NCBI GenBank assembly: GCA_021163965.1
Contig: JAGGTB010000025.1
Location: forward strand, 1 to 40,292
From: Hadesarchaea archaeon
GTDB lineage: Archaea; Hadarchaeota; Hadarchaeia; Hadarchaeales; JAGGTB01
Direction: 5' to 3'
DNA length: 40,292 nt
Positions 37,775-40,292 of the stretch are shown here, in pieces; the first letter of the stretch is position 1; every line of letters begins with the position of its first letter. The notes below the pieces were generated by a model. It saw nothing but the letters and a program-made list of their open reading frames with translations, did no database searches and was not told the DNA's origin. Position numbers and translations under genes: made by a program.

Positions 37775-37995
37775 TTTTTAACACCTAGGTAAAGGGGGAC
37801 TGGTATTGCTAATTTACCTTTCGGTCGAAGCATGCACAGGAAAACCATAGCTGAGGGGAAAATTTTTATTGATGCCCCCCGTGCAGAACTCCCAGCGCTT
37901 CCTTTGTAGAGCTTGGAGCGTTACTCGACAATCGAGACCCCACGATAAGCACTTGAAGGTTTTCGAGGAAAGATCACAAAACCCATGGGGCCAGC

Positions 37996-38421
37996 TCAAA
38001 TGTCAACAACTGCTTGCACCGAACACCTATCTGAATCTCGCTTGACCTCCATCATATGGTAGGTCATAGCCTTGACGGCCGTCCTCTCCGAGTGTTTGCT
38101 TGGATCGAAGCTTTCTCCCCAAGCCCTAGCCTTGAGCTTTAGACCACCCTTCTCGCTGGAGATCCTCACCTCGAATTTTGACATCACCAAGTTCCTCGAG
38201 TCGTGGAGGTAGATCAGCCTATCGAGCCAGTCATAGAGGAGAGCCTCCTCATCCTCCGCCTCCAAGACCACGGTGATCTCCTCTCGAGGCTCGACCTTGC
38301 TCGTGTCGACCATTATCTCAAACAAAGCGAGCGCGGCATTCTCAAAAGCCTCGGACAGGTCTTTGCCGTAGGCCCGGAACCCCGCGTCCGAGGGGTGCTC
38401 TATCCACTCGAAGCGCTTCAT
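37996..38421 (-). CDS. archease (RtcB activator)
   Basis: MKRFEWIEHPSDAGFRAYGKDLSEAFENAALAL.... The likely start is ATG 38421, preceded by GGTGA; the ORF-track start is 38448. Confidence 0.9.
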   Translation of the reverse strand: MKRFEWIEHPSDAGFRAYGKDLSEAFENAALALFEIMVDTSKVEPREEITVVLEAEDEEALLYDWLDRLIYLHDSRNLVMSKFEVRISSEKGGLKLKARAWGESFDPSKHSERTAVKAMTYHMMEVKRDSDRCSVQAVVDI

Positions 38422-38477
38422 TTCGCTCACCCAAACCGAGATTACCAACTAACTTCCCAAAGTAAATCTTTAACTCT

Positions 38478-38745
38478 ACCGCCGGGAAGTCCCCTCCCGC
38501 AAGTGAGGGAATGGGGGGCGGAACGCATATATTGGTTGGCGATAAAACCTCCCTTGAGTAGGGCTGGAACGGCCCGAACCCAACGCCTGTGGAAAACCGA
38601 TGACCTGCGCGGGTAGGCTGGACATCGGACCTCCGTAACCTCCCGAAGAGGGACGGGATCGAGTCCGGTGGATGAAGCAGGAAGCTCCCCGCGAAAGCTG
38701 GGGGTAGTTCACGACAATATCCTCTTCAAAAAACCGGAGCAGAGC
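38478..38745 (+). ncRNA. rnpB: RNase P RNA-like sequence, 3' portion only (P12-like hairpin, CR-III, P15-17-like hairpins, CR-IV, J2/4-P4 3' strand)
   Basis: Ordered blocks: GGAAGUC+hairpin+GGAACGC (38485-526), GCGAUAAAACCUCCCUUGAGUAGGGC (38539-64), GAACCCAAC (38576-84), CGGGUAGGCUG (38610-20), GGAUGAAGC (38670-78), CACGACAAUAUCCUCUUC (38710-27). Matching was done from memory of RNase P conserved regions and has not been checked with a covariance model. Confidence 0.5.
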
Positions 38746-38814
38746 ACGAGGTCCGCCCTAACCGCCCGAAATGACCGACGTCAACTACTTCAGGACCATA
38801 GGAAGACTGTGCAT

Positions 38815-38902
38815 TGGCGCCGGGGCTGGGATTTGAACCCAGAAGGCCCGGAGGGCCACCGGCTCTCAAGGCCGGCCCTTTACCTGGTTCAGGCACCCCG
38901 GC
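38815..38902 (-). tRNA. tRNA-Ser(UGA), class II, CCA encoded
   Basis: Reverse complement GCCGGGG-UG-CCUGAACCAGGUAAAGGG-CCGGC-CUUGAGA-GCCGG-UGGCCCUCCGGGCCUU-CUGGGUUCAAAUCCCAG-CCCCGGC-G-CCA. Confidence 0.9.
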
Positions 38903-38992
38903 ATCGCTACAATATCTTGTTTACTTATCCTAAATACGACGATAAAATAAGCGCAAGGAGAGACTGGCAACTAAAACGTTGGGCTAGAAAAG

Positions 38993-39301
38993 CTAGGTCT
39001 TTAGCTCTATCTCTATGTTGACATCCTCGGGCACGTTGACCCGCATGATCTGCCGCATCGCCCTTTCATCCGCATCCATGTCGATAAGCCGCTTGTGTAT
39101 GCGGAGCTCCCACTTGTCCCACGTCGCCGTTCCCTCTCCATCGGGAGATTTCCGGACCGGAACCACTATGCGCTTCGTTGGTAGCGGGATCGGCCCCGAT
39201 TTGTTAACCCCAACTCGCTTGGCTATCTCTATTATTTCTTTGCATACCTGATCGAGCTTTTTCACGTCGACCCCAGATAGACGTATTCTTGCCCTCTGCA
39301 T
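38993..39301 (-). CDS. rps10: 30S ribosomal protein S10 (uS10)
   Basis: ARIRLSG.D...LD.VC..I...A...G....GPIPLPTK; follows EF-1alpha. Confidence 0.95.
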   Translation of the reverse strand: MQRARIRLSGVDVKKLDQVCKEIIEIAKRVGVNKSGPIPLPTKRIVVPVRKSPDGEGTATWDKWELRIHKRLIDMDADERAMRQIMRVNVPEDVNIEIELKT

Positions 39302-39369
39302 TTGCTCTCCACTTTAACCTCAAACGCTTGAGAAGGATAAAAAATTTCTGGAAGCCACGCGAGGGCTAC

Positions 39370-40292
39370 TCACTTGCGGGGCACTACATCTATAACCGCG
39401 CCAGCGGCAATGGTCATTCCCATATCCCTAATGGCAAAGCGACCAAGTTCGGGAAACTCCGAAGCTTTCTCGATCACCATCGGCTTCGTAGGTTTGACCT
39501 TCACGGTAGCCATGTCCCCTTTCTTGATGAAATCTGGCTTCTCTTCAACTACTTCTCCGGTCTTAGGATCGAGTTTCTGAGAGATCTCAGTAATAGTGCA
39601 AGCGACCTGCGCCGTATGTGCGTGGAACACTGGGGTATACCCGGCAGTTATAACAGTCGGATGTTGCAGAACGGCGATACGAGCAGTAAACTCGCTGGCA
39701 ACTGTCGGCGGGTTGTCCGGGTGCCCAGCAACATCTCCGCGCCGTATATCGTTCCTAGAAAGCCCGCGTACGTTGAAACCGATATTGTCACCTGGCTCGG
39801 CCTTCGGAATCGACTCGTGATGCATCTCTATGGACTTCACCTCAGCCGTCTTACCAGATGGCTCGAATATTATTTTGTCACCGGTCTTTAACACTCCCGT
39901 CTCAACCCTGCCCACAGGAACTGTGCCCACTCCGGTGATCGAGTATACGTCCTGCACGGGAATTCTAAGTGGCTTATCCAGCGGCTTCTCCGGCGGCTTG
40001 AAGGCATCCAGTGCCTCCACGAAAACCGGACCATCGTACCATCCCATCTTGTCGCTTCGCTTGGTAATGTTCTCACCGTAGAAAGCGGAAGCTGGAATGT
40101 ACTCGAATTTCTCCGGCTCCTTAAATCCAATCCCCTTCAATAGGTCAATTACATCGGACTTTAGCTTCTCGTAAACATCCTGCTTGTAGTCAACCAAGTC
40201 CATCTTGTTTATGACCACCACCATCTGCCCAACGCCTAGCGTGTAAGCCAGCGCGGCGTGCTCCCTCGTCTGCGGCATTATCCCGTCGTCAG
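39370..40292 (-). CDS. tuf: translation elongation factor EF-1alpha (aEF-1A), 5'-truncated by the window edge
   Basis: ...[24 protein letters not shown]... and domains II/III. The ORF runs off the right edge. Confidence 0.95.
   Translation of the reverse strand, partial: DDGIMPQTREHAALAYTLGVGQMVVVINKMDLVDYKQDVYEKLKSDVIDLLKGIGFKEPEKFEYIPASAFYGENITKRSDKMGWYDGPVFVEALDAFKPPEKPLDKPLRIPVQDVYSITGVGTVPVGRVETGVLKTGDKIIFEPSGKTAEVKSIEMHHESIPKAEPGDNIGFNVRGLSRNDIRRGDVAGHPDNPPTVASEFTARIAVLQHPTVITAGYTPVFHAHTAQVACTITEISQKLDPKTGEVVEEKPDFIKKGDMATVKVKPTKPMVIEKASEFPELGRFAIRDMGMTIAAGAVIDVVPRK

Noticed and set aside
37965-37972. GAGGAAAG (CR-I-like) in the rtcB-archease intergenic spacer as the missing RNase P P4 5' strand.
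   Set aside because: The following bases (AUCAC) have no complementary partner in the 38.7-kb P4 3' region. The spacer is better explained as the rtcB promoter and 5' UTR on the minus strand (AATAAAAAT TATA-like, GGTG RBS).
38485-38495. GGGAAGUCCCC read as RNase P CR-I (GGAAAGUCC).
   Set aside because: The candidate partner GGGGGUAGUU (38700-09) cannot form P4 with it. The context (hairpin, then GGAACGC..GAUAAAACC) fits the CR-II end/P12/CR-III instead.
38660-38700. SRP (7S) RNA helix-8-like string GUCCGGUGGAUGAAGCAGGAAGC.
   Set aside because: The flanks do not form the GNAR-capped helix 8 or its symmetric/asymmetric loops. The surrounding blocks fit RNase P conserved regions better.

Overview
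This window is archaeal (euryarchaeote-like) and is dominated by the conserved translation/transcription superoperon, almost all on the minus strand.

**Gene order, right to left**
- EF-1alpha (partial), uS10, tRNA-Ser(UGA).
- A non-coding block, then archease and rtcB, then a second non-coding block.
- DUF171 SPOUT methyltransferase, then L3-L4-L23-L2-S19-L22-S3-L29-SUI1-Rpp29-S17-L14-L24-S4e-L5-S14-S8-L6-L32e-L19e-L18-S5-L30-L15-SecY-Adk.
- Two tandem DUF106 membrane proteins, then Cmk, L14e, Cbf5.
- A small accessory cassette.
- tRNA-Ser(GGA), S13-S4-S11-RpoD, tRNA-Leu(GAG).
- About 10 kb of accessory DNA.
- L18e-L13-S9-RpoN, form III RuBisCO, an intron-containing tRNA and a RelE-type toxin-antitoxin (TA) pair.

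**Main candidate for something new**
- The two GC-rich plus-strand spacers that bracket rtcB-archease (36151-36330 and 38422-38760) together look like an RNase P RNA.
- The gene appears split, or interrupted, by the genes for the RNA ligase RtcB and its activator archease.
- This rests on motif matching from memory and hand-checked base complementarity. It needs a covariance-model search and RNA data.

**Other notable points**
- The tRNA-Leu 3' end is duplicated as an att-like direct repeat, and about 10 kb of accessory DNA splits the RpoD/L18e operon.
- A decayed, gene-poor island carries a convergently overlapping antitoxin/toxin pair.
- The rpoD reading frame runs into tRNA-Leu.
- A fused ADP-forming acyl-CoA synthetase is frameshifted in a G6 run.
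- Four copies of a 24-26 nt palindrome-containing repeat frame a cassette made of a DUF5678-like gene and a retropepsin-like protease gene.
- The DUF106 (YidC/EMC3-like) gene is tandemly duplicated.
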